This document shows positions 40,961-53,366 of a stretch of DNA of 64,000 nt, one piece after another. Below the pieces are notes generated by a model, which was not told the DNA's origin, did not search any database, and saw nothing but the letters and a program-made list of their open reading frames with translations. Position numbers and translations under genes: made by a program. The stretch is taken from the NCBI RefSeq assembly GCF_009914755.1, contig NC_060925.1, one strand, 5' to 3'. This DNA is from the human T2T-CHM13v2.0 reference genome, Homo sapiens. How positions within the stretch are numbered: the stretch's first letter is position 1; each line of letters opens with the position of its first letter.

Positions 40961-41171
40961 CAACAAAAAAATTTTTTAGTTGCTGTTGAACAAAGTATAT
41001 TTGTTGTAATAGCATCCAGATTAACAACTTGCGTAATGCTCTTCCGTGTAAAGCATATTATCTAAAAATCAGTTAATTGAAAATTAATATATGTATGACA
41101 TTTCTGAATTTCCTGTAGCCAGTCTATAAGTCAAGCCTAAAGCACCACTAATCAGAAGATCAAAAGGCTCA

Positions 41172-41478
41172 GGCCGGGCACAGTGGCTCACGCCTGCAAT
41201 CCCAGCTCTTTGAGAGACCGAGGAGGGTGGATCACCTGAGGTCAGGAGATCGAGACCAGCCTAGCCAACATGGTGAAACCCCATCTCTAATAAAAATACA
41301 AAAATTAGCTGAGCACTCTGGTGGATGCCTGTAATCTCAGCTAGTTGGAAGGCTGAGGCCGGAGAATCGCTTGAACCAAGGAGGCGCAGGTTGCAGTGAG
41401 CTGAGATCGTGCTATTGCACTCAGCATGGGCAACAAGACTGAAACCCCATCTAAAAAATAAATAAATAAAATAAAATA
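41172..41478 (+). mobile_element. AluSq/Sp-type element
   Basis: Full dimer, gggcaacaagactgaaac; TSD aaaaggctca on both sides. Confidence 0.93.
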
Positions 41479-41797
41479 AAAGGCTCAAGTAGTCAAAGAA
41501 TGATAAATTCAATGCAAGACCTGGTTACTGTCTGATGCCTGGCAGTGCGCATATTAGATGACTTCCTGCCTTCTTTATACTGTTAAAAAGAGAGTTATTT
41601 CAGCAATAATCTACATATTAAGAGAAACCCATTTAACCTGTCAAAAAAATGAATGGTTGAATATCCCTAAGAATCAAGCCAGGTATTTTATAATACTTGC
41701 AAGAAAGAGTGGATAGTTTTTAATTGCCATTTTTCCTTCTCCATTAAAAAAAAATGAAGTTTACAAGTTAAGGGTTAAAAAAAAATGATATGAAAGC

Positions 41798-41834
41798 AAA
41801 CTGACCATGCCGGGGGAGATACCTGGTCATGAAG
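41798..41834 (+). pseudogene. Degenerate 3'-truncated U1 snRNA retro-fragment followed by an A-rich tract
   Basis: aaactgaccatgccgggggagatacctggtcatgaag against U1 ATACTTACCTGGCAGGGGAGATACCATGATCACGAAG; the GGGGAGATACC core is exact. Confidence 0.65.
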
Positions 41835-43074
41835 AAAATAAATAAAAATAATCTTGTTATGAGTTGAGGGAAAAAATAGTGATTGGCTGGGTGAGAATTT
41901 TGTTTGTCTTTTTCCTTTTCTATTCAGAATAGTTTATAAATAGGATGGTAGAAGTTATTCATAGTTGAAATGTGGATATAGTTGCAATAACATAATTAAA
42001 TAAACTTTAATTTATATCATGGCTTTGATAATTTATTCTAGTAATATATTATAAAAGATGTTGAGCCATTCCCTTATAAAATAGTCAACGATCTTGTATG
42101 CTATACTTAAAATGTATTTGGATGTAATAGACACATATAGCTTAAATTTGTGTTACTTCCATTTTTTATTAGGCATCAGTGCCCCGAAATATTAAGAGAA
42201 TCTTAGTACCATCTCAAATATTGTACGTTTTTGAAATGCTAGAATTTACAAGGAATCATTCCTCTCAGTATGTCAACATTCCACTACCCAGACTGTGATA
42301 TTACCTAATAGAATTTTACTACCCAGACTGTGGTATTCCATTGAGCTAATTTCTTATCAAATTTTTTATTAAAAAGTTAATAAAAAAATAACTTTTTTAT
42401 TTTTTATTAAATAAAAAATATTGTGTACATAGATTTCAGTTAAAATACTCTTTTTAAAATTATATTACTTAGCTTTATTAATATCTCCCATGACTGCTAC
42501 TCTGCCTTGCATATTTTTGCATTGAATACTGAGGTCTTCACCAGTCAGCAAAGACAGGAAAGGTTAGCTCAGGAGAATAGTTTAACGGATGCTGTGTATA
42601 CACGATGGCAACACAGAAATGTAAAACACAGGGGGAGGGGTCAATTAAGTGATTATTTATCTTTGTGTTCTAAAAATATTCAGCTACAGTAAAAGAAAAT
42701 TGCAACAGATCAAATGATAACAAATATGATGATGACTATGAGATTACAATGTGGATTTAAACATTCTCTACCTCCCAAAAGCTGACTTTTAAATGTATAC
42801 AATACTTTTATATCTATCATACTATTTTAATTAATTCATTGAGGTATATGAATTCACTAAAGTGAAAAAATGTTATTTACTTTTAAAACATAAGAAAAGA
42901 CATTTTTACTTACATCAGAAATCTTGAACTTCTAAATATTTTATTTTACTAAGGCAGATATTTCTTTGACTATCAATGATAGTACATGTTCTAAGAAAAC
43001 ACAAAGAAAATACATTTAAGACATAACAATCATGAAGTGTGACTAGCAAGTAATGCAACAAATTTGTCAACAAG

Positions 43075-43205
43075 CATACTAAGAACTATACATCCAAATG
43101 AGCGTTATATTTCCAAGCAGCCACTTTGGGAGATCAGACACATTTCAGTGGTATTGCCATTGCTCAAAACATTTCTAACTTCTCCATTAGAACCGCTCTC
43201 AGAAA
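43075..43205. mobile_element. Ancient mariner-type fragment (MARNA-like)
   Basis: tgccattgctcaaaacattt...aacttctcc resembles the remembered MARNA consensus. Confidence 0.45.
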
Positions 43206-43929
43206 TAATTGATGAACCATACACAACTCAGGCTCATTGCTTTATAAATTGAACCTCATATAGCAGTAACTTGAGGCAAAGCAGAATCAAGAAAATATAA
43301 TTTTCTCTTCCCATTTGTTTATGAAAAGAAAATTAACTTTCAAATTATTTAGTCCTAAAATAAACCACTTATATAACCCTATTATATAAATCTAAGAAGA
43401 CAATTGTAAAAAAATAATTAATCTTTCCTTTCCTATTATAATTTGAATAGAAACATAATATGGGCAAATAACGATCAGTGCGATTTTGTGGTGAACTGTC
43501 GTGCTCATCTAATCTGATTCTTGTTGATCTCCTTTGCTGTGACCTGTGCAAGAGACCATCTTAACAAATTTCACAGTATTTTATTGCTCCTCATTCTCCT
43601 TAACCTCTCTTTGTCACCTGACCTTTTGATCATTCTTTCTTCTTTCCAAAAGTCTGTGAACAGTGTTTTTAAAGGAAATTCCATGCCACACTGTAGCCTT
43701 AACTTTTCTCTGGCTTATTGCATTAAATCTTCCCTAGCTCATTTTCCTTTTCTGTTCCTAAAATATAAGTGTTACTCTACATTCAGTAGTCACTAAAGTA
43801 TTTAAATACTTATTAAATACATGAACATTTAAGCCCTCAGTTCTCAGCTCCATTTTTCTCTGTCATTTCACCTGTTAAACTAAATCTAACAGATTTAACT
43901 ATCACTACCACCTAAATACCAAGTTGCCC

Positions 43930-44120
43930 CCACTCAGTCTTGCTTTAGCCCTTCCCCTTTCTAGTTATGCAACCCTAAGCAAGATATTTAGCCTCTTTGA
44001 GTCTTAGTTTCCTCATATTTAAAATATGAATAAAAATATTGACTATCTCATAGAATAATAACCAAGGAGATAATGCTCAGAAAGTTTCTGACACGTATTT
44101 CTGAAGTATTTTAACTATTA
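43930..44120 (+). mobile_element. MIR
   Basis: gcaagatatttagcctctttgagtcttagtttcctcatatttaaaat. Confidence 0.65.
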
Positions 44121-45545
44121 TTGGTTAAAATCCTCAATTATTTTAACTGTTATGGTGTTTTTCCCACAAATCTTTTATGACATTCTTACTTGGATGTCAT
44201 ACAATCAAATCGGCATTTTTTTTAAAAAAAAAGAACATTGTTTAGCACTTGCATCAAGATAAAATATGATACTTTTGCTTAAATTATGCAAGTACCAGAA
44301 TTAAGTTCTTATTAATTTTTTTATCCTACCTTTAATGATGAAGTATAAACAGCAGTAGTTTCTTAGGTTAATAGTGGGGTCTCATGTAGATTTAAATGCT
44401 CTATATTGTCTTTGAATATGCCTATGAAATTACTATGACAGGAAAGTTAAGGAAACCATATCTAAATGTTCTACATATCTCTAAACCTTTTTTTTATGTA
44501 TTGATTTTCCTAACCCTGTTTTTTTAATGGATTGCCATGATCATGAGTGGAATCACCATTCTTTCAAGCTACCAGATTTGAAATCTGTTCCTTTGACCCT
44601 CTTAACCCCATCTCCTCTGCACAGACGTAATACCAATGATGTTTACTGTTCCATCCATCTGTAGCCACCCTTGTTCTCTCATGTTTGGACCAGCATACTA
44701 TACTTTTTAAAAAAATTTTCTTAAACTTTGTTTTGCAATTTCAAGGAGAAAAAACTATGTTACTTTTTAAACTAGAAAGTTGACTGCAGAGTCCAGTTCC
44801 CAAAAATATTATAGCTCTAAAGTGGTTTATGAGTATAATTTGTGTCATGAACCCATAAACTGAAAAGAAATACCTTCTATGATTCTGCTAAATCCCCTTT
44901 ACTTTTTAAATTAGTTAATTAATTTTGTAATTGACAAATAAAACATATATTTATATTATATATGTATGTACATAATTGTTATATATTATGGAGTTAAACA
45001 TGATCTTTAACTTTCCCATCTGCCTCTCAGTCTTCCAATTATTCCACACATACTCTCATCATGTTAATTCTCCAGAATGACCAATTTTATACTGTCTGAT
45101 TAAAGTTTTATATTCCTCCAGCACCTATGATTTCTTGTACAAGTATTTAAAAATATTGCAGAATAAATCTCATATCTTTCCACAGAAATTCCCATTGATT
45201 GCATGACAGTATTGTCCATAAGATCTCCCATATTATTATCTTCACCATGTTTCTGTGAATGTCAAATGAGGAGAAAGGAAACAAAATAAATAAGCATATA
45301 TAAATAAACCTATGTAAGATGTGTTGGCTTGCTATATTTTCTTTCAATTTCACAAAATAACTTTGTGAGATAGGTATTATCAATACTATCAGTAGCAAAG
45401 AGACTCAGAAAGGTCAAGGTTATTGTCCAGGATGAAGAATCCACATTTGCATATGAACTTGTTACTCTTGTCTCAAAATTTATGCCTATTTTATTACTTA
45501 CCTTCCTTCTCTTAAGGAGGGTTTTAAAGAGAGGAGTTCCCTAGA

Positions 45546-46362
45546 TGTATTCATTTTCTATTGCTGTTGTAAAAAACTGCCACCAACTTACTTGCTTAAA
45601 CAATATACATTTATTATCTCAGAGTCCAGGGGACATGTATTAGTCTGTTCTCATGCTGCTTATAAAGACATACCTGAGACTAGGTAATTTATAAAGAAAA
45701 AGAGGTTTAATGGACTCACAGTTCCACGTGGCTGGGGAGGCCTCACAATCACAGCTGTTGAAAGGCACATCTTACATGGCGGCAGACAAGAGAAAGAGGC
45801 AACCAAAAGGGGAAACTCCGTATGAAATTATTAGATCTCATGAGACTTATTCACTACTACAAGAACAGTATGGGGGAAACCGCCCACATGATTCAATTAT
45901 CTCCCTCCAGGTACCTCCCACAATACGTGAGAATTATGGGAGCTACAATTCAAGATGAAATTTGGGTAGGGACACAGGCAAACCATATCAGGACCAGAAG
46001 TCCAAAATCAGTCTCACTGGGTCAAAATCAAGATATTGGCAGGGCTGCATGCTTCTGGAGTCTTTGAGGAGACTATCTCTTTCCCTGCCTTTTTCAGCTT
46101 CTAGAGGCCACCTACGTTCCTTGGCTCTTAACCCCTTTCTCACATCACTCCAACATCTTGTTTTCATCCTGAAATATCCTACTACTAGACGTTAACCCTC
46201 CTTTCTCCCCTCTTAAAAGGTCCCTTATAATTACACCCCATCCCCCAGGATAATCTAGGATAATCAGCTTCTCTTTTGTCACATAAAGTAATATATTTAC
46301 ATGTTCCAGGCATTAGGACACAGACATCTTTTCAGGGAGGGTTGTATACTTAGCTTATTACA
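45546..46362 (-). mobile_element. MLT1C/D-type MaLR LTR interrupted by THE1
   Basis: tgtattcattttctattgctg...tttattatctca | agaagtccaaaatcagtctcactggg...cagcttctagaggcc...attaggaca. Confidence 0.8.
45636..45990 (-). mobile_element. THE1 (THE1B-like) solo LTR
   Basis: tgtattagtctgttctcatgctgc...ggggaggcctcacaatca...aaaccatatca, 355 bp; 5-bp TSD ggaca/ggacc. Confidence 0.9.
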
Positions 46363-47977
46363 CTGTGCATAAGTTCTGATAATGGAGCCTAAACCCACTG
46401 GACCAAAAGCTGACGGTATTTAGATGTCCCAACAGTATCTATATGGCAATCCTTTGTCAAGATACATTGAATACTATAAAGCATCATTCAGCCTAATAAG
46501 AAAGCTTATTTCCTCACCTGCTCATTGTATTATGAGGCTTCATTTTGATAAATAAAATCCAATTATTAGTTTTTTCTAAACAATGAAGATTGAAAGGAAT
46601 GGAAAGTGCACATTAAACAATAATTGTGGTTTGTGGAAGGATTTATGAGAAAAAGCATGCTTGCAATTGCACTAAACTCAAAATAGAAATTTAAATTTTT
46701 GTTTTAACATTTTAATGTAAAATAAGCCTATTCCTGGCTCCTATTTCTTAAAGACTTTGCATGGTTCTTTTTTTTTTTTTTAACCAAGAGGGTCTTTAAA
46801 TTTTGACAGTGTATTTTCCAAACTGTACTATTTTCAAGCATATATTATAAAATTAATACTTCATTATCCCCCCTGAGCAAAACAAAAAGTGAAAATATGT
46901 TTAATGATTCAGTTTTTGCTTATCCTAAGAACATTACTTAATGGTGCTTGAATTAACAAAAGGGATCGTGCTGATTGATGATTTCCCTTCTTAATGATAC
47001 ACCGACTTTTTAGGTCATTTCTTCTACTTCTCTCAGTTTCATTAGTCCAGGGCCACTGATACTAACCATTTCTATAGATCAACTAGGGCATTTCCACGGT
47101 AAGTCAAGGAGAAGAACATTTTTTACCTTCTTTTGACTGCTTTCTTTCTCCCACCTGAAAAATTGTCAATCTTTCAAGAGTTTTTAATTGACATTGAGGG
47201 TCATAAACACATACCAGTTGAATTTTACTACCAAAGAACTGTATTACATTGAGATAAAAGCTTGACAAAGCATGAAGTTATAAAACTTTAACTATAATTA
47301 AAATTGCCAATATATGGTCTTTGTTTTGATAAATATATTAGCCTTATTACATTAAACATCATATTGCATAAAGAAATATTGGCATAAAATGACTTGAGAT
47401 CCATGGTTAAAAGAGAGAAATGTATGTTATTAAGCAATAAAAACTGCATAAATTTCAAAGAAAACTGCAATGTCTTATATTAGAACATTTTAGTTCATGA
47501 ATAAAATTGCTTAAATAGTTAAACATATATAGTTGTTTAAGATAAGTATACTAAAGGTAGAGCCCTCCTCAGATTCTCTGAAAATCAAAGAACAAAGGAA
47601 AACAAAATGATCTCTTAGGCAGATTAAAGACTTAAAGGTGAATATTAATTATAAATATGTATATTTATAATATGTATATCATTATATATTGGTTTAACCT
47701 CCTGTGAACAATAGTTGTCTTGCAAACAGATGAATATGAACTTCAGAAAAAACTTTCAGATGGAATTTATTTCAATTATGCCACAGACTCAGAGAAATGT
47801 CACATTTATTCAAAGAGTTATTTATTACTTAGAAGTTTAAGTGTTTTGACCAATGAAAAGTTAATAACAAAAATAAAAAAGCTGAGAATAGCAGAATTTA
47901 AAGAATGCCAATTTGTAACCCAGGGGATAGGTATTCGCATACTAATTGTAATGTTCCTGCTGTCACATTACCTTCAG

Positions 47978-48037
47978 CTTGAAGATCAGTCAGAAAGAGA
48001 AACTCGGCATCATCTGTGACAGACAGTGGAACGAAAA
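47978..48037 (+). other. RGS21: RGS21 exon 2, 5'UTR part
   Basis: Acceptor ttaccttcag|CTT; an in-frame TGA at 48017-48019 lies upstream of the ATG. Confidence 0.8.
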
Positions 48038-48048
48038 ATGCCAGTGAA
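48038..48048 (+). CDS. RGS21: RGS21 first coding exon (MPV + 2 nt of K), phase 2
   Basis: aaaATGCCAGTGAA|gtgagt with a consensus donor; joins exon 3 in frame to give the RGS21 start MPVKCCFYR. Confidence 0.88.
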
Positions 48049-49324
48049 GTGAGTTGCCGTTTCCAGCTATTTTTATCTCAGAAGATGTACAAATGAAACA
48101 CTTGAGTCTTCTTTTAGTCTCGATGTTTTATTTCCTTCATTTATGATAAATACGCTAATTGTTGTCTTCCTGATTTTTTCTCCTTTCTCTACTGATTTCT
48201 TCTTTTTGAAAACATGTCAAGAATTTGTGGCTTACTTTTGCACTTTATTCTTCATGTGGGCTAAAGAAAGGTTATAAAGTGGAGATAGACCACTGAACTT
48301 TATGTTTTTTTTAAATTATGAGATGAATTAGAGACATAACATATACATGATTCTTGCAAAAATTATCACAACGTTTATTGAAAAAATTTTACATGGATAT
48401 TAAATGCTGGGTAAGGAAGCAGCTGTCACTTCCTGGAGCACATGGACTCCTTGCTTGAGTTTTCCATTCTCCAGCACACTGCTAATTGAGTGTGAACAGC
48501 TAAGTTGTTGGATTCCACATTTTTTAATGCAATACAACTGGTTCTAGCTGGCATAATTAGCAAGATAACTGGTTGCTTTCACGCAGTTCCCATCTGGCCT
48601 GGCTCTTCTCTGGACATATAATATGGGTACTGCTGGCCTTGATGGCACTTGCTTAATGAAGAAAATAGAAAGGAAATCAGCCAAAACCGCATGAAATACT
48701 AAGTGTAATTTTGGCTTCAGATACACAGTGACTTTTCATGGCAAATCATACACAAACAAAAACTTACTCTGATTATGCATCACAATTTTACAGGAAATAA
48801 ACACAGAAATGAAAAGAGCCAGACAAAACTGCTGTTAAAATTCAATAAAAGGAAGAAAAAAAGAAATGAGGGAGTGGCCATTGTCCATTTTTTCAGATAG
48901 CACATATCAAGTAAAAGTCAACCAAGTCAGTAGAGTTTAAAATCAACCATCCTCTTTTTTCTCCAACTTTTATTCAATAGATTTCTTTCTTAACATTTAT
49001 ATAGTTACATTTTTTAAAAACAGAAGATGATATTTCTTACTCCCATCTACCATAAGAAATGCCCTATTTTTATTTGATAGTGTACAAGCTTTAAGAATTC
49101 ATGAATAATATTGTTCATGAATTCTTAAATTCTGTTTCGTGTAAGCTTTCAGTTGAGCAGCCAGTTACCACAATTTTAACTATTATTTAGAGGAATTATA
49201 GTATTTCTATGAAATATGATAAATCTCTATTGCAGGAAAAAAACACTTTTTAGGTAGTTATTATAAATGTTCCAAAACATGAATAAAGTACAAATATATA
49301 TGTATTAACTCATCCATTTAAGAA

Positions 49325-49560
49325 GTATGAAATAACTTGGGTTAAAGCAGACAAACTTGTGTTTCAATTCTAACTCTGGCCATTACTGTCTGTGGAATAT
49401 TGCACTACTTATTTGTATCTCTGACCCTCTTTACTCTTTGGTAATATTGGAATAAAACAGACTGTTATTTTCAAGATTAAATGAAGTCTATGATATGCGT
49501 AGCACAATGTGGTATGCATTGTAAACATCCAATACATAGTTGTGCATTTTAGTGCTATTA
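49325..49560 (+). mobile_element. MIR
   Basis: gcagacaaacttgtgtttcaattctaactctggccattact...tagcacaatgt. Confidence 0.55.
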
Positions 49561-52313
49561 TAAATATTGTATTTCAGTTTATTCATAGATACCATCAATT
49601 TGCTCTTTCACAGAATTACAAGAAACTCCAAAATTTACAAATTTAACTGGCAACAAACAAGCATTACTCCTTAAAATAGTTACACTTCACCTAATTTCTG
49701 AAAAGTAAATGCTATGTTACCTCCAACTCTTTCAACATCTCAGATAGTCAAAATTTAACCTTCTGGATAAGAAATAGGCTATAAAGGAATGAGCTGAGGG
49801 TATTCCAGGCATTGCTACACACCAGCAGAGGTACTCCTTCAGAGCCGATGGGCAATTTTTTTCTCCTAAAAACAATGTCAGCATTTTGTGGACCTTGATT
49901 AATACTAGGATATACCCATATAACTAATTCTATTATCCATAGTATTCCATGTCTTTATCTATAAAATATCTGTAACATTTTAGCATCCCTCTGTAATTCA
50001 AAACATTAGGAATTTTTCTTTTATCCTTGGTTCTACACCATCTCCCACACTTTGCTTTCTTTCTCTTACTGTTTCTCTACATTAATGAAGATGATACAAA
50101 TAGCTATTATTTATGTAAACACCTTCATTCTATAAATACTCCTTTATATCCAAAAAGATTTCAAGAAATATGCCTTTTTGCTTTTGGATTAAGTAAAACC
50201 TGTCTGTCCTTAAAGGACACTGCCTTCTAGAATGGATGTCAGCTATTCTCTCCAACCTCACATACCTCAGAGTTGAGAATGAGGTCCATGATGATTCAGT
50301 GACGTTTTCACATTATTTTTCATCTTCTCTTTCCCAGAACACTCTATGCCTTTGAAGCTAATACAATTTAGCTACACTTTTCAATACTTTTTATCACTGT
50401 AATTTATCAGCATCTTGAAGGCCATTTACCCTCTTCCATTGAAGGCTTTAATATGTGTCAATATTTGGGGTTTGGTCATCCATTATTTATTTGTTAATAT
50501 GTTCAATATTTCATAGACCAGGCACACTGTTCTTGGTGCTAGAAAATAACATTTAGTCCTGTCATCAGATGACTTACATACTAATGGGAATATAAATGTT
50601 CATCTTTGAATGAATTTGTCTAGATTTTATTTTTCAGTTTTTCCTGGCTGCCTGTTCCTCATTCAAAATGGGCATTCTGCATGGCCAGGTTCCTCTCTAT
50701 CCTATTCATTAGCATATGTTCCACAGGTCTAAGTAGCTTTAATTTGAATACCCTGCTAGCAGCCAAATTTTAGTATACAAACAGGAATATTTTTAAGCAT
50801 GTGTATTTTAAATGATCGTATAACTTTAGAATTCCTACAAGTTCTAATATTTGAGTTATATGAAATATAACATAAGCTTATTTGAGTAACAGGTTATAGA
50901 GTACACAAAATATCTTCAATGTAAAATTAAATCTAGCATTGTGTCTCAACCTCCATTTATGAAAGACAGAAACTGAACAACTCAATTTTTGTGTCTATTT
51001 GAATGAAAAAAAACACCATTTCCAAATGGTTTCACAGGTAATCTGTGTCCCCAAGATTTAGTAAGTCAAGGAAGAAAGGAAAGTCAGCTGCCTACAACAG
51101 GAGAAGGAAATTTTAGATTGGAAGTGTGAGTAATGGAAAATAGTAAAATGAATTCTTAGCTACAGTGTCCTCTCTATGTGTCCTTAATGAGGATGACCAT
51201 TATTAACTGAAGATGCAACTACAACTGCATCAGTAGAGGAAGTACAATCAATCCTAGCAAAAACTATAAAAACTGCAGCAAATTACAGGAAGTAATACAA
51301 AAGCATAGGAATCACTTCACACTAGTATGTTTAAGATTAGTTATCTTGCCGTGCAAATACAAAAGTTTTATAAGAATTGCGATATATGAGTTTTTCTCTA
51401 TTTTATTATTGGTAATTTCAATACAAACTTTAAATTGGACCCTCTCTTTCCATAACTAAGTCATTTGCACATCACAGCTACATAATCCAACGTGGTTTTA
51501 TTTCTGGGCAGCAGATGCTTTCTATGAATAGGGGCTTATTTCATCAGGATCTTTGTTTATTAAGAGGAGTAATGTATGATATATTTGCATCTCAGAAAGT
51601 TTATATCTTAAACCTGATTTATGATTTCTACATCACATCCCCAAAAGTAACCTTCTTCAGAAGACTTAAGTCTATAAATTTTTGACTGCTTTGGAAAAGA
51701 TATTACTCTGTCTTGACAGATTCCTAGATTTAAATAAATCAGCTCAGAACTAGAAGTATACCAGTCTAAAGAGAAATAAAGGCTGCCTCAGAGTAGGTAA
51801 AGACGTTTTGAAATATTACGAACAAAATGTTTTCAAGTTCATCACATGCTAGAAATTCTTAAAACTTTTTTGAACTCTTTTGAGATGCATAATTATGACA
51901 TAATCTTTACACTATAAAAATTTAGAAAATAGTTTATTCATCACCATTGCTATCATAACTTTTTGGCTAGAGTAATGTCACATAAATTAACAAATAATAT
52001 ACTCATAGTTGAAAAGAAATTCACCATTGATCCACAGAACCGATATCTTTTATGCCTTTATTAGAATTTAAGAAGCCTCAAATATTCTTAAGACTGTCAG
52101 CTAGATTAATAAATAATTTGCTGATGTCAAATTACATCCCACTTTATGTCACTATAGCTAACTACTGTAAATAGCATTGTATAATTTTTTGACATTTGGC
52201 TGTTTGATTAACAGCATGAAGTTCATTTGAATGATGTAACTCAAAATACATGTAACTCGAATATTACTATTGGTTAAAGAAGAAAAAGATCACAATGCTA
52301 TTGTCAAGGTTAG

Positions 52314-52390
52314 ATGCTGTTTCTACAGGTCACCAACTGCGGAAACAATGACATGGTCTGAAAATATGGACACGCTTTTAGCCAACCAAG
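52314..52390 (+). CDS. RGS21: RGS21 exon 3 ((K)CCFYRSPTAETMTWSENMDTLLANQ), start of RGS domain
   Basis: tag|ATGCTGT...CAAG|gtaaga, 77 nt. W-S-x-x-x-D-x-L-L is typical of RGS helices 1-2, and the phases fit both neighbours. Confidence 0.9.
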
Positions 52391-52654
52391 GTAAGATTTA
52401 ACTAATAATAGGCTTAAAATACAATAATTAAATATAAATTATTAAATTCTGAAAGTTGGTAACATATCATAAAGTATGAGTTTAATCAATGAAGTATAAA
52501 ATTATTAATAATCATAAATTCATAAAAATCCAAAATCTAAATAGAATCAGGTTGGGGCTAAAATAAGTTTATAGGTTAACTCTGTACATTAAAACAAAAG
52601 GGAAATTCAATCTAGCAAGTGAAATTTTCCATTGCCTTAGACTCACTTTAACAT

Positions 52655-52963
52655 TTTTTATTATTTTTTATTTTAATACAGAGTCTCACTCTCTCTCTCT
52701 ATCAGGCTGGAGTGCAGTGGCATGATCTCAGCTCACTGCAAACTCCACCTTCTGGGTTCAAGCAATTTTCCTGACTCAGCCTCCTGAGTAGCTGAGATTA
52801 CAGACATGCACCACCATACCCGGCTAATTTTTGTATTTTTAGTAGAGACAGGGTTTCACCATGTTGGCCAGGCTGGTATCAAACTCCTGACCTCAGGTGA
52901 TCCACCCACCTCAGCATCCCAAAGTGCTGGGATTCAATTCAGGTGTGAGCCACTGTGCCAGCC
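52655..52963 (-). mobile_element. AluSx-type element
   Basis: Full dimer, ctcctgacctcaggtgatccaccc. Confidence 0.92.
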
Positions 52964-52974
52964 CTAGGCTCGCT

Positions 52975-53022
52975 GTGTGTGTGTGTGTGTGTATACACAC
53001 ATACACATACATATATATATGT
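52975..53022. repeat. (TG)n/(CA)n/(TA)n simple repeat between two Alus
   Basis: Directly visible. Confidence 0.85.

Positions 53023-53366
<344 letters not shown>

Noticed and set aside
47720-48019. 99-aa ORF running into exon 2
   Set aside because: It starts at TTG in the intron, stops at 48017-48019 before the real ATG, and has no recognisable homology.
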